Shown: positions 13,345 through 26,376 of the stretch, piece after piece | How the letters are laid out: the number at the start of each line of letters is the position of its first letter | How positions within the stretch are numbered: the first letter of the stretch is position 1 | Source of the DNA: Octopus sinensis | Lineage: Eukaryota | Direction of reading: 5' to 3' | DNA length: 64,000 nucleotides | NCBI RefSeq assembly: GCF_006345805.1 | Contig: NC_043018.1 | Coordinates: 8,432,001-8,496,000 of the forward strand | Notes under the pieces: model-generated | The model's database searches: none | What the model saw: only the letters and a program-made list of their open reading frames with translations | What the model was told of the DNA's origin: nothing | Position numbers and translations under genes: made by a program

Positions 13345-14590
13345 TGTATTCAGCTCAGAAACCTCAAATATAGTCCGGAAAATGTTTGACAAAGCGTTTG
13401 TATTTGGAGAAAGTGAATCAGTTTGCTCTATTCTTGTTTGAAGAAACCAAGCATTTCTAGGCTTTTTATGCAAATGCACTGGGCTACAAATGAAAATCTA
13501 TAGCCTGGATTTAAGAGCTGAAGGTTTTTCATTAGTTCTCTACAGATATTCTTTCCTCAACTTTTAACGAAACACTTCTACTGGACAGATGATCTCTACA
13601 ACAGGACCTGACTTTTGTTCTCTGTCCCAAACACTAATATCTGATCTATTGTACTTATACGGGGTTGCCGTTTTTATTGGAATGTTCCACTAGAAATGCG
13701 TCATTTAAAAAGGTGGGTAGATTCTATTTCTGGTGTTCCTTAGGTATGGCCGTTATAATCCATGAATAAGGAACAGGGTTAAGCACCTTATAGTCAAGCC
13801 ATACAGTCAGCAGGTTTCAGCAATGTTGTTTCGCTTCCTTAAGGAGAGCTTTGTTGATGAAGAGCTCTTCGGCACAGCTCCAAACTTCTTTCTTTCCTCC
13901 TACCTTCTTATTCGTCACCACATTGGGTGTTTCACAGTGATTCCAAGCAATTCGTGTATAGCTATACATCACGTTGAAGTATGCTATAGGTCTGTAGAAG
14001 GCGGCGAGCTGGCAGAAACGTTAGCAATCCGGGCAAAATGCTTTGTGGTATTTCGTCCGCTGCTGCGTTCTGAGTTCAAATTCCGCCGAGGTCGACTTTG
14101 CCTTTCATCCTGAAATAAGTACCAGTTACGCACTGGGGTCGATGTAATCGACTAAATCCGTTTGTCTGTCCTTGTTTGTCCTCTCTGTGTTTAGCCCCTT
14201 GTGGGTAGTAAAGAAATAGCTATAGGTCTGTAGTTTTTCACCATGTCTCCTGATTTTTTAACCACAAGCGCTGTTTATGCAACCTCCAGCCAACTTGGCA
14301 TATCAACATCTGCGTTCGTTGGTCTTTCGAACAGGTTAAGAGGACTGGCTCTGTAAGACACGAGTTTTCTGTACAAATAACCGTCTATCAGGTCGCTTCC
14401 AGGTAATTTTCCGTTCAAGTTTTGCAACAACTGTCATGCGTTTCACTATTCGTGTAAATTTTGGGCAAGACATTTATGCAGCACTCACTTCATAGCTCAT
14501 TTGGCCGGAGGTTCCATTCCTCCATAAAATGACTCTGGATCATTCCGGGAAGGAGTTTCACGACCTACCATATATCTCCTGACGGCCTTA
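13345..14590 (-). mobile_element. Decayed RLE-type non-LTR retrotransposon (R4/Dong-like), internally deleted, interrupted by a SINE
   Basis: Minus translations: KLPGSDLIDGYLYRKL, MPSWL, KNYRPIAYFNVMY, GGKKEVWSCAEELFINKALLKEAK..NLLTVWLDYK (RT), then directly WNIPIKTATPYKYNRSDISVWDREQK..VVEIICP (restriction-like endonuclease, NRPD motif). Confidence 0.8.
13998..14218 (+). mobile_element. SINE family B (tRNA head, Meta-like domain) with 15-bp TSD
   Basis: Head ggcggcgagctggcagaaacgttagc; domain gactttgcctttcatcc; TSD gctataggtctgtag at 13983-13997 and 14219-14233. Confidence 0.9.
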
Positions 14591-14610
14591 CGCCGTACGA
14601 AAGCGCGCAC

Positions 14611-14654
<44 letters not shown>

Positions 14655-15746
14655 TGTGTATGTGTGTGTGTGTGTGTGTTTGTAATGAATGACAGAAATT
14701 CCGTGTTAGTGTCCGATGAGCTGTAAACCTCTAGTGAAGTAGGTGTCAGCTTTCGTTAAAGCATGTCCTGTGAAGGTTCCTTTCGATATAAAAATGGTCT
14801 CTCATCGTTAGCTGAAGATTACTGATACTCCAAGCCCCTGGCCTTTATTGATACCAGATACCTTACCTCACCTTGACTTTGGGCGATGCCAATGAAGTAG
14901 AGACGTCTACGAAGTGTTGAAAGCCCTAATAGACCTAAAACCTTCTTGGATAGTCATAATATTAAAAAAAAATGTTTTTTCTAAAATTAAAAATTATTAA
15001 TTATATTTAAAAAATCTTCAACTAAAAAAAAAGCATATTAAACAACATCCATCAAGTCCAAGTTAAACCGCCTTTTTTTTAATGAGTTTTTATATAATTA
15101 ATTTTTAATTCAAGAAACATTTTTCACACAAACACACACACACATTTCGCTTTCAGCAGTGAAACTCGAAGTAGATAAAGCTATAGAAAACAGCGTGTGC
15201 ATGTCAGATTTTATTTTTAAAACCCTTCGTATAAAAAAAATTGAAGGCTTCCATGGAACTCGAACCTACATCTATAAACAAAAATACACATACACACAAA
15301 CAAACAAAAACATACACACGCTTCATATATAGGAAAGGTGTAGGTAGGAATCCTATACGGTATTATGGTGTTTCCGACGTAAATTATAGACTCAAGAGAT
15401 GTTAAATGGTACCACAAACAGGCTGACAAAAAAGCTAGGCTTCGTATATGGCAGATGCACAGGAGCAGTTAACCGTAACAAACCACATAAAATACATTCC
15501 TTTGAAAGCTCGGAGGGTCCCGAGAAATAGTTCAATGCTTTTACTATCTAGGTGACCTAATTAATAATTGAGGTGGGTGTTCCGAATGTATAGCTGCCAG
15601 AATAAGGGCGGGATAGAAAGTTTCAGAGGGCTATTTTTCGGTAAATTTTTACCGGTAACTATTTTTTCTTTGTTGACTACGAAAAGCTTGTTTTATTTAT
15701 TTAGTACCACCACCACTACCACCAGAGGGAAAGATTAGATTTTAGT

Positions 15747-16162
15747 GGATCTTTGCGGTTTGAACGGCAGTTTTTTTATAGCGGTGTCATATGAAATTGT
15801 CACCCATAATTATGACCCTAGTATCGATCTATTGCATTTCAATCTATTTTAGGGTTAGGATTAGGGTGAGGGGAAGGGTATCTTTTTTTCTTCACAAATG
15901 TAAATAAACCCAATCTGTTTCTTAAACGAGGGACATATTCATACGGCACAGAATGTTGTTTACCTCAATGGGCGTCATTGATTGGTTGAAACTGCAGAAA
16001 TTGAAGAAAAAAACAACAAATATCTTACAAACTATAGAATTTTCTCAATAAAGCCAAGAGAAAAAGATGTTTTATAAACACATTCTACCAGTATACGAAG
16101 TTTACAATCTTTTAGTTACCTAGAAATTATGTTAAAAACTGCCGTTCAAACCGAAAAGATCC
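15747..16162 (+). mobile_element. MITE with about 28-bp TIRs (GGATCTTTTCGGTTTGAACGGCAGTTTT), family M
   Basis: Terminal inverted repeats; internal degenerate TTAGGG run; homologous copies at 16470, 21055, 36522 and 48323. Confidence 0.9.
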
Positions 16163-16329
16163 TGTTTGGTTCTTGTGTACGAAATGCAATGCTGTATGGA
16201 AGCCCCAATGTATTTACCTTTGCTAGTTAGCATGCTGTTTGCGCTCGTAATTGCCCTAGAAATAATGAATGTAAACTGCGACAGAAACTGCAAGTGACAA
16301 CAGTGACATCCCATAATTTCATGTAACCA

Positions 16330-17150
16330 ATCTAACTGCTCAAAGCTCAGCTACGTTAGACCGGCCACGTCATCAGAATAAACGGCCACTGCATCCCCAG
16401 ACAGCTGATGTACGGTGTGCTGAAGGAAGGTTAATGGCAACAAGGAAAACCCAAGTTAGCTGTATAAGGGGATCTTTTCGGTTTGAACAGCAGTTTTTAA
16501 CATAATTTCCACGTAACTAAAAAATTTTAAACTTCGTATACTGGTAGAATGTGTTTATAAAACATCATTTTCTCTTGGCTTTCTTGAGAAAATTCTGTAC
16601 TTTGTAACATATTTCGTCTTTAATTTCTTGCATTTCGGCAATTTCAGCCAATCACTGACTGTCTATTGAGGTGAAAGCATTCTGTGCCGTATGAATATGT
16701 CCCTCGTTTAAGAAACAGATTGGGTTTATTTATATTTGTGAAGAAAAAAAGATACCCTTTCCCCCACCCCTAACCCTAAATGATGTTTTATAAACATATT
16801 CTACCAGTATACGAAGTTAAAAATTTGTTAGTTACCTAGAAATTATGTTAAAAACTGCCGTTCAAACCGAAAATATCCGTATAAGGACATCCGAAAGGGA
16901 AACCTAAAGTGGTGTGGCACCCAACATTGCAAACTCGAGACTGCAGCCACAAACAGGGCTACCTGAAGGTCAATCACCTATACGCTGTAGCTACCTTTGA
17001 GGAGGATAGAGCAACGTCTCGCAGCCGTGAGACAGGCATCACTGAGCAGTAGCATCCCTAGTTCTGATCACAGACTGCCAGTGTCCAACCTGCGGGCGCC
17101 TGTGTGCTTCCGGCTTTAGGCTACAGATAGGATTTACTGTGTGACCTGTA
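16330..17150 (+). mobile_element. RTE-BovB-like LINE 3' fragment interrupted by a family M MITE
   Basis: QLR*TGHVIRINGHCIPRQLMYGVLKEG..QGKPKL|YKDI..NLKWCG..LETAATNR, plus a C-terminal CPTCGRLCASGF zinc-finger-like motif. Confidence 0.8.
16470..16878 (-). mobile_element. MITE family M with perfect 8-bp TSD
   Basis: TSD gtataagg at 16462-16469 and 16879-16886. Confidence 0.9.
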
Positions 17151-17513
17151 GGAGTAGGCAGGGCCGTCTCAACAGCACTATGAGCTCTCCTGGGTAAATC
17201 AATGCACTAGGCCCCATAGTATTTATTCATTTGACAGCAAGCCCACAGCATACATAGGTCAGAATTGGGCCCCTAGACCCATGTGGCTGGCTGGGGGTTG
17301 GACACAACGAGGGTAAGTGGAAGAGAGATGAGTGGCAGAAGGTAAATGTCCGATTGGAGGTGGTGAAGAGACCATGAGCTCTGCTAGCTCCGAGGAGTAA
17401 AGGCCCTTATAGATGGCTTGTCTGATGATGAGTTTATGGGATAGAAAAATAACATAGACGTTCGAGTGAGAGAGAGATGAGATTAGAGAAAGATGTGGTA
17501 AGAGAGAGAGAGA

Positions 17514-17679
17514 GCGTAGGAGTGGCTGTGTGGTAAGTAGCTTGTTTACCAACCACATGGTTCCGGGTTCAGTCCCACTGCGTGGCACCTTGGCCAAGTG
17601 TCTTCTACTATATAGCCTCGGGCCGACCAGAGCCTTGTGAGTGGATTTGGTAGACGGAAACTGAAAGAAGCCCGTCGTA

Positions 17680-17728
<49 letters not shown>

Positions 17729-17925
17729 GTGTGTGTGTTTGTCCCCCTAGCATTGCTTGATAACCGATGCTGGTGTGTTTATGTGCCCGTTACTTAGCGG
17801 TTCGGCAAAAGAGACCGATAGAATAAGTACTGGGCTTACAAAAGAATAAGTCCCGGGGTCGAGTTGCTCGATTAAAGGCGGTGCTCCAGCATGGCCGCAG
17901 TCAAATGACTGAAACAAGTAAAAGA

Positions 17926-17967
<42 letters not shown>

Positions 17968-18170
17968 GTGTGTGTGTTTGTCCCCCTAACATTGCTTGAT
18001 AACCGATGCTGATGTGTTTATGTGCCCGTTACTTAGTGGTTCGGCAAAAGAGACCGATAGAATAAGTACTGGGCTTACAAAAGATTAAGTCCCGGGGTCG
18101 AGTTGCTCGATTAAAGGCGGTGCTCCAGCATGGCCACAGTCAAATGACTGAAACAAGTAAAAGAGTAAAA
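17514..18170 (+). mobile_element. SINE family A with tandemly duplicated body
   Basis: Structure is head-(TA)n-body-(TA)n-body; the two bodies are nearly identical. Confidence 0.9.
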
Positions 18171-19169
18171 GAGAGGGAGAGAGAAATGATAAGAAAGATA
18201 GAGATGAGATTAGAGAGAGAGAGAGAGAGAGGTGAGAGCTAGTCGACAAGGTAGTCCAACTCATAAAAAAAAACTAAATCTAAACAGAAAAGTGCAAAAA
18301 ACATGTAAACAAACCAAATCACAACAGCTACTCTCCAACACCTTACACTAACACACACACACACACACCGAACACATCCCTATACACATCTAACACACAC
18401 ACACACACACCGAACACATCCACATACACATCTAACACACACACACACACACCCTCCCCCCACAACCTTCAAGTAGCTTGACTTTTCTGCAAATAAAAAT
18501 CCAAAACAATAATAATAGATAATGTAAACAAGTTTTCGGAGCCGTCGTCATCGTTTATAAAAATAACAGCCTCGGGACGACCTACACGAGCGAACCTCTA
18601 CTCAGCTGTGACCTGCTAGAAATAACAGCTAAATTTCCCCACCTCGACTCACATACCCCGCTACAAACACAGGATAGGCAACCTTTTTTTGCAGAAGCAG
18701 GTGGCATGAAACATGGTTCATCATCAGTAATTTTTCGTTAGGTATACCATTTTCGGGGTCGATAAATAAAGTACCAGTTTCGCACTGAGGTCGATGTAAT
18801 CGACTTAATCCTTTTGTCTGTCCTTGTTTGTCCCCTCTATGTTTAGCCCCTTGTGGTCAGTAAAGAAATATATACCATTCAGAAGGTCCTACGGGCCGCC
18901 GATTGAACCATGACTGGTAGAAGTCCACCATCTGACAAAAGTGGGGGAAAACCACATTTAAACAAAGCAATCGTAGGATAATATTAACAAACAGGCGGTG
19001 CTCCAGCATGGCCACAGTCAAATGACTGAAACAAGTAAAAGAATAAAAAAAAGAAAAACATGATGACCATTCATGGTCTTGGAATGGTCTGGAATGATCT
19101 GGAATGTATAGATTTGAAGGATGAGGATTGACCTAGGGTTAAACAGTTAATAACACCAACAACCTTGAT

Positions 19170-19385
19170 CTCCTTTTAAACTCTCTATCTCTCTCTGTCT
19201 CCTCTCTATACTTCTCTATCTCTCTCTGTCTCCTCTCTATCTCTCTCTGTCTCCTCTCTATACTTCTCTATCTCTCTCTGTCTCCTCTCTATCTCTCTCT
19301 GTCTCCTCTCTATCTCTCTCTGTCTCCTCTCTATACTTCTCTATCTCTCTCTGTCTCCTCTCTATACTTTCTCTATCTCTCTCTC
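19170..19385. repeat. CT-rich minisatellite (ctctatacttctctatctctctctgtctcct units)
   Basis: Alternating units of about 22 and 32 bp. Confidence 0.9.
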
Positions 19386-20824
19386 TTTGTGTTTATTCTG
19401 GCTGAAATTGTTTTTTCCTTTTATTTTGATTCTTTCATCTCTTACAAATATTCTCTTTTTCTCCTCCCCTTCTTTCATTTTCATGTTTTTTTTCTTTCCT
19501 GTAATCTCTATTTCTCTTGCTCTCTCTTTCAAATTCTCTGTTTTCCTTCTTCTCTCTCTTTCTTCCCCTCTCTCATTTGTTTCTTTTCCTCTCAGTATCT
19601 GTTCCTTTCTTTTGTTCTTTTCTCTCTCTCTCTCTCTCTCACACACATACATACTAACTCTCACAAAACACACACTCACACGCATATTGCATATTCCCGC
19701 CTCTCTCTCTTTCTCTCACACACACATACACACCTTTTCTCACTCTCTCTGTCTTACACATACGCACATTCCCACCTCTCTCTCTCTTTCACACACACAC
19801 ACACACACACACGCACATTCCCGCCTATCTCTTTCATACACACATACACATTCGGTGTGTCACACACGCATGCATACACATTTTCTCTCTCTTTCACACA
19901 CACTCTCCTACTCTCTTACGCGTACACATTCTCTTTCTCCCTCTCTCTCTTTCTCACACACACACACACTATCTCTCTATCTTTCTCTTTCTTGTTTTAT
20001 CTCATACATTCTCTAGTTCTTTATTTTCTTATTTTCTTTTCCTTTCCAAAGGATGCACAACGTGAGAAGAATACAATGAAAAATAACTCGATGGTGGGGC
20101 GAAGATGTTACGGTGAAGGGCGCTGCTTGCTGAGCGATACTGAACAAGATAAAAAAAACTCATAATTACAAAAGCAACAACAACTACAACAATAACTTCA
20201 ATAACAACAAGAGAATATACAGAAATAGAAACGTTCTGATGCGAGAGGGGAAGGGTGGTAAGGAAGGTAACAGGTTCGAATCGTTGCCAAAGAATTACTT
20301 CTAAGTGAGAAATATGTTCTGTCTTCTTCGTGCAGCCAATGGTTCCACCGTTTTAGTCTGCTGCGCAAAATCTCCTTATAAAGAGATGTTGGCAGGTTTA
20401 ATGGCCGATGGGAGGGAAAGATGTGTGTCGGCTTTGCAAGATTCGATCTTGTAGCATTTAGAAGTTAAGGGGGGAAATAATAAATTAAACCAATTTAATG
20501 CCATCGAGTCAAGTGGTGTTTTTTTTTGTTTTGTTGTTTTTAATCTTATCTTTTACGTGTTTCAAGCATTGGACTGTGGCCATTCTGGGGCACCGCCTTG
20601 AAGGGTTACAAGCGAACGAATCGACCGCAGTACTTATTCATTTTATTTTGAAGCCTGGTACTTTATTCTATCAGACTCTTTTACCGAGCCGCTAAGTTAC
20701 TAGGACGTAAACAAACCAACAACGGTTGAGAAGCGGTGATAGAGAACAAAGCGAAACGTGTGTGTGTGTGTGTATGTATATATATATAGAGAGAGAGAGA
20801 GAGGGGGGGAGATGTAAATAATGA

Positions 20825-21490
20825 AGGTGCATGGCTCAGTGGTTAGAGTGTTGGGCTCGTAATCATGAGGTAGTGAGTTCGATTCCCAGACCGGTCTGTG
20901 TGTTGTGTTCTTGGACAAGACACTTTATTTCACATTGTAGAAATCTTTTACAACATCAGTGAGTGGCATGGAGAAGGGAGGCTGGTCTGTATGGGCAATT
21001 ACTGGTCTTCCATAAACAACTTTGCCTGGACTTGTGTCTTTGAGGCGAACTTTTGGATCTTTTCGGTTTGAACGGCAGTTTTTTCTAGCAGTGTCATATG
21101 AAATTGTCACCCAAAATTATGACCCTAGTATCAATCTATTGCATTTCAATCTGTTTTAGGGTTAGGGGAAAGGGTATCTTTTTTCTTCACAAATGTAAAT
21201 AAACCCAATCTGTTTCTTAAACGAGGGACATATTCATATAGCACAGAATGTTTTTTACCTCAATAGACGTCATTGATTGGTTGAAATTGCAGAAATTAAA
21301 GGAAAAAAACAACAAATATCTTACAAACTATAGAATTTTCTCAATAAAGCCAAGAGAAAAAGATGTTTTATAAACACATTCTACCAGTATACGAAGTTTA
21401 AAAGTATTTAGTTACGTGGAAATTATTTTAAAAAACTGCCGTTCAAACTGAAAAGATCCGTACTTTCTAGCTATAATTCCATGGTTATGC
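20825..21490 (+). mobile_element. SINE family D interrupted by a family M MITE (21055-21459)
   Basis: tRNA head gcatggctcagtggttagag; body ctggtcttccataaacaac; the SINE sequence resumes after the MITE (imperfect duplication gaactttt / gtactttc). Confidence 0.8.
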
Positions 21491-22469
21491 ATGACTGAAG
21501 AGGGTTTCCCTTTTTTTTTACCCTTATGTGCAAAACAATCTTTAGGGGTTAATATACAAGTGCATGGAACTATACAAAAATGAATCCCTCCACATTGAAA
21601 CAGAAGATACAACAGTGGTTAAAAAAAATACACAAACACGCAGGTATTGTTGCTATGGTGAAGAAACTCACTTTGCAACAGTATGGTTTCAGGTTCAGTC
21701 CCATTGTGTGACACCTTGGGCAAGTGTCATCTACTATAGCACCCAAGTGACCAATACATTGTAAGTGAATTTGGTTGTTGGAAACTGTATGTGCGTGTGT
21801 GTATGTATGTATACAAGTGGATGTAAGAATGTGTTTGTGTATGTATATGTGTGCGTGTATTTGTGAATGTATATATGTGTGTGTGTGTGTGTAGGCATGT
21901 ATATGTATGTATGGCACCATGGGATTGCACCTAGAAAATTACCCTCCATGGCACAAGTCCGGGCAAGATTGTTTATGGAAGACCAGCAGTCGCCCATGCA
22001 TACCAGCCTCTCCTTTTCCACACTACAGAGGTTATCCAAGAAAAAAGCAAAGGTCGATACAGCTTTGCACAAATAATGTCACAATAATAATGTCACAGCT
22101 GAGTGAACTGGAGCAATGTGAAATAAAGGGTCTTGCTCAAGAACACAGCACACAGTCTGGTCAAGGAATCAAACTCACTACCTCATGATTGAGAGCCCAA
22201 TGCTCTACCCATTAAGCCATAAAATTCCCTATTTAAGGCTTCTTTATCATCGTCATCATTTAACGTTTGTTTTCCATGCTGGCATGGGTTGGATGGTAAA
22301 CCAGAGGACTGTGTCAGGCTCTGTTGCCTGCTTTGGTTTGTTTTCAATGGATGGATGCCCTTCCTAATGCCAGCCACTTAACAGAGTGTACTGGGTGCTT
22401 TTCGCATGGCACCAACACAGGTGGGGTCACCAAGTAACTTGCAAGACAAGGATCCTTCCTATTCCTTTC

Positions 22470-22760
22470 AGTACCCACCTTCCAGTGCTAATTAGGTTAC
22501 CTATGTAACAAAAACTTTCAAACTATTCATAACAATCTTTCCAAACATTTAATGGAATGTACTTTGCATGAATTCTCATCTCCAGCCATTACCAGTGCAC
22601 CTGTCACATACAAAGTCTATGTCCACAGCTAGCCTGTTTGTAATTCCACTATGCCTCTAGTGCATCCATACTTTACCATGTAAACTTCAGAGGGTACTGT
22701 TAGAGAATTAGTACTTGTTCCTTTTCTGCATCTTCATTGCAGCCATTTCCCTGATGACAG
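22470..22760 (-). mobile_element. RTE LINE internal fragment
   Basis: Minus translation VWMH*RHSGITNRLAVDIDFVCDRCTG ... ESFCYIGNLISTG, typical of the post-RT region of RTE elements. Confidence 0.6.
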
Positions 22761-23591
22761 CTGAGTCCTATCTTTTTTCCCATTTTACATATACACACAC
22801 ACATATAAATTGAAACCTGGTGCAGACCTTTGGTTCATCATTTCCAGTCAAACTGTCTAACGCATACTAAAAATGGAAAATGGATGTTAAATGATGATGA
22901 TGATAAATATATAATAATAACGATCCTTTCTCTTATAGGCACAAAGCCTGAAATTTGGGGGGTGGGGATAGTCGATTACATTGATCCATAGTACTCGGCT
23001 GGTACTTAATTTATCGACCTTAAAAGGATGAAAGGTAAAGTTGACCTCGGCGCAATTTGAACTCAGAACATAGTGACAGACGAAATACCTATTTCTTTAC
23101 TACCCACAAGAGGCTAAACACAGAGAGGACAAACAAGGACAAACAAATGGATTAAGTCGATTATATTGACCCCAGTGCGTAACTGGTACTTGTTTGATTG
23201 ACCCAGAAAGGATGAAAGGTAAAGTTGACCTCGGTGGAATTTGAACTCAGAACGTAGCAGCAGCCAAAATACCGCTAAGCATTTCGTCCAGTATGCTAAC
23301 AATAATTATAATTATTATTATTATTATTAGGCAGTGAACTGGCAGAATTGCTAGGATGAAGGGTACAATGCTTCGTGACATTTTGTCAGTCAAAGACATT
23401 CTGAGTTCAAATTCTGCTGAGGTCGACTTTGCCTTTCATCCTTTATGGTTTAATAAAGTAAATTCCTGTTGAAGACCGGGGTTGATGTTATCAACTTACC
23501 CACTCTCCCAAAATCACTGGTCTTGTGCCAAAATTTGCAAACCACCACCATCATCATAGTGTCAGCCCTTGTGGCCAATAAAAAAGAATTG

Positions 23592-23627
<36 letters not shown>

Positions 23628-23862
23628 TTTTTTTTTTTTTTATGGCAATGAGCTAGCAGAATCATTAGCACACCAGGCAAAACGCTTAGCTGTATTCTGT
23701 CTGTCTTTGCATTCTGAGTTCAATTTCTGCCGAGGTTGACTTAGCCTTTCATCCCTTTTGAGGCTGACAGATTAAGTACCAGTGAAACACTGAGATCAAT
23801 GTAATTGATTAGTTCCCTCCCCCCACCCAAAATTTCAGCCCTTATACCTTTAGCAGAAGGTA

Positions 23863-24243
23863 TCTCTCTCTATATAAACGGCAGTTTGTCTGTGCGTGTT
23901 TCTGTGTGTCTGTTTGCTTGTACCCTCACCCTGACCACGGCTTTCAACCGATTCTGATGAAACTTGACACACGCATAGCCCAATGTCATAATTCAAAACT
24001 AACGCAGCGAAAATTTTGAAAAGTTCCCCCAGTTCTGAAAAAAAATCGATAAATTCGACATGGGGTCGAGAATCAGAAACACAAACCGCAAACTGTCTAG
24101 GGGACGCAACTCCACCTTTTTAACCAAAAAAAAATTTACCATCATTTTTTTCCATTTTTTGCTATTTTTTGGCTATAACTCTCTAAAAATGCTTTATAGT
24201 TATTTCCCTTACAAACCTGAGCAACGCCGGGCAATACTGCTAG
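23863..24243 (+). mobile_element. Non-autonomous Helitron-like element
   Basis: A|TC start, subterminal hairpin, CTAG|T end; near-identical to 26377-26743. Confidence 0.85.
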
Positions 24244-24590
24244 TTATTATTATTATTATTATTATTTTGCTTAGGCATAGCGATACTAATAACTGGGTGT
24301 TAGAACTCATACTTCAGAATAAAGTTTCAGTTGAGTACAGAGCAGTAATAAGAACTTAGTATGACAAAAGAATAAGAAAAAATGTTATGGACTTCATTTG
24401 CATACAGCTGTTTCAACTATGAGGTGAAATGCACTCATAATTGAATATTTGTGTATTAATTACCCTACATCTTCCTTTGTCATTTTAATTTCTTATGCAG
24501 GTCGTAGTTGACTTACGACCTATGCAACTTACGTGTGATCGACTTTATGACGATTGCTGCACCTGCACCCGGTAGTAATAATAAACAGTG

Positions 24591-25573
24591 CAGTTGAAAT
24601 CTAATGAGGTTAATTTCTTAGAAATTAACCTATCTACAGATGATGTCAGCTAATAAATGTTTCCCCTACGTTCAGTTGAAATCTAATGGGGTCAATTTCT
24701 TAGAAATTAACCTATCTACAGATGATGTCAGCTAATAAATGTTTCCCCTACGTTCAGTTGAAATCTAATGGGGTCAATTTCTTAGAAATTAACCTATCTA
24801 CAGATGATGTCAGCTAACAAATGTTTCCCCTACGTTCAGTTGAAATCTAATGGGGTCAATTTCTTAGAAATTAACCTATCTACAGATGATGTCAGCTAAC
24901 AAATGTTTCCCCTACGTTCAGTTGAAATCTAATGGGGTCAATTTCTTAGAAATTAACCTATCTACAGATGATGTCAGCTAACAAATGTTTCCCCTACGTT
25001 CAGTTGAAATCTAATGGGGTCAATTTCTTAGAAATTAACCTATCTACAGATGATGTCAGCTAACAAATGTTTCCCCTACGTTCAGTTGAAATCTAATGGG
25101 GTCAATTTCTTAGAAATTAACCTATCTACAGATGATGTCAGCTAACAAATGTTTCCCCTACGTTCAGTTGAAATCTAATGGGGTCAATTTCTTAGAAATT
25201 AACCTATCTACAGATGATGTCAGCTAAAAATGTTTCCCCTACGTTCAGTTGAAATCTAATGGGGTCAATTTCTTAGAAATTAACCTATCTACAGATGATG
25301 TCAGCTAACAAATGTTTCCCCTACGTTCAGTTGAAATCTAATGGGGTCAATTTCTTAGAAATTAACCTATCTACAGATGATGTCAGCTAACAAATGTTTC
25401 CCCTACGTTCAGTTGAAATCTAATGGGGTCAATTTCTTAGAAATTAACCTATCTACAGATGATGTCAGCTAACAAATGTTTCCCCTACGTTCAGTTGAAA
25501 TCTAATGGGGTTAATTTCTTAGAAATTAACCTGTCTACAGATGATGTCAGCTAATAAACGCTTCTCCTAGGTT
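24591..25573. repeat. 82-bp tandem array, 12 units
   Basis: Unit starts (cagttgaaatct) at 24591, 24673, 24755, 24837, 24919, 25001, 25083, 25165, 25246, 25328, 25410 and 25492. Confidence 0.97.
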
Positions 25574-26070
25574 CGGTTATTGATCACCACTGTTGGAAGA
25601 ATATCCTGTTGCAGATTTTTTACAAAAATTTCCCAGTAGTTTTCCTGTTTTCTTGTCTAGAAATCCTTGCAATGACCAGTAACACCAACACCCATCAGCC
25701 ACCTGAATGTTGGCAAGATCTAAAAATCTAACATCTGTGGGGTTTTTGGGGGGGTTTTTTTCCAGCAGTAACTTGAAACAAAATCTTTATACATAGTTAA
25801 AATTGGATGGGGAAGTATGTTAAAAAAAAAAAAAAAGATATTAATAAATTTTATCTACTATAGGTACAAGGCCTGAAAATTCATGGGGAGTGGGGGGTTA
25901 GTCAATTACATCAAGCTCAATGTTCAACCGGCACTTACTTGATCAACCTGAAAGGATGAAAGGCAAAGTCAACCTTGGGGGACTTTCAACTCAGAATGTA
26001 ATGATGGATGAAACGCTACTAGGGCCCTTGTCTAGTGTGTGCCACTGATTCTACCAGCTCACTGCCTTAA

Positions 26071-26292
26071 CCCTTTCGTTACCAACCCAGCCAAAACCGG
26101 CTCTGGCTCTTTAATACAAATCTCTTGTTTTCATGAGTTTTGAATTAAAATCTTCCACCAAACCGTAGTCGCAATTTATGTTCCTAACACTAGCTGAATG
26201 ATAACTAAGTTATTTTACTAAATTCTTTGTTATATTTAAAATTAATTGAATGAAACACAGAGCATCTCAAAATAAATACAGTAATGAAAGGG
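26071..26292. mobile_element. piggyBac-type MITE
   Basis: TTAA|CCCTTTCGTTAC ... GTAATGAAAGGG|TTAA; a similar TTAA-flanked element lies at 55879-56089. Confidence 0.75.
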
Positions 26293-26376
26293 TTAATAAG
26301 TGTAATAATAATAATAATAATAATAATACTTTCTGCTGTAGGCACAAAGCCTGAAATTTTTAGGGGTAACCTCGTA

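Noticed and set aside
13998-14095. tRNA genes at A/B-box-like sequences
   Set aside because: All are SINE heads continuing into SINE bodies; no complete cloverleaf.
24591-24672. Hammerhead in the 82-bp unit (cagatga ... gaaa)
   Set aside because: The core has A at position 4, stem II does not close next to GAAA, and there is no stem III or NUH site.
24591-25573. CRISPR-like array
   Set aside because: Units are identical end to end with no unique spacers, there are no cas genes, and the context is eukaryotic.
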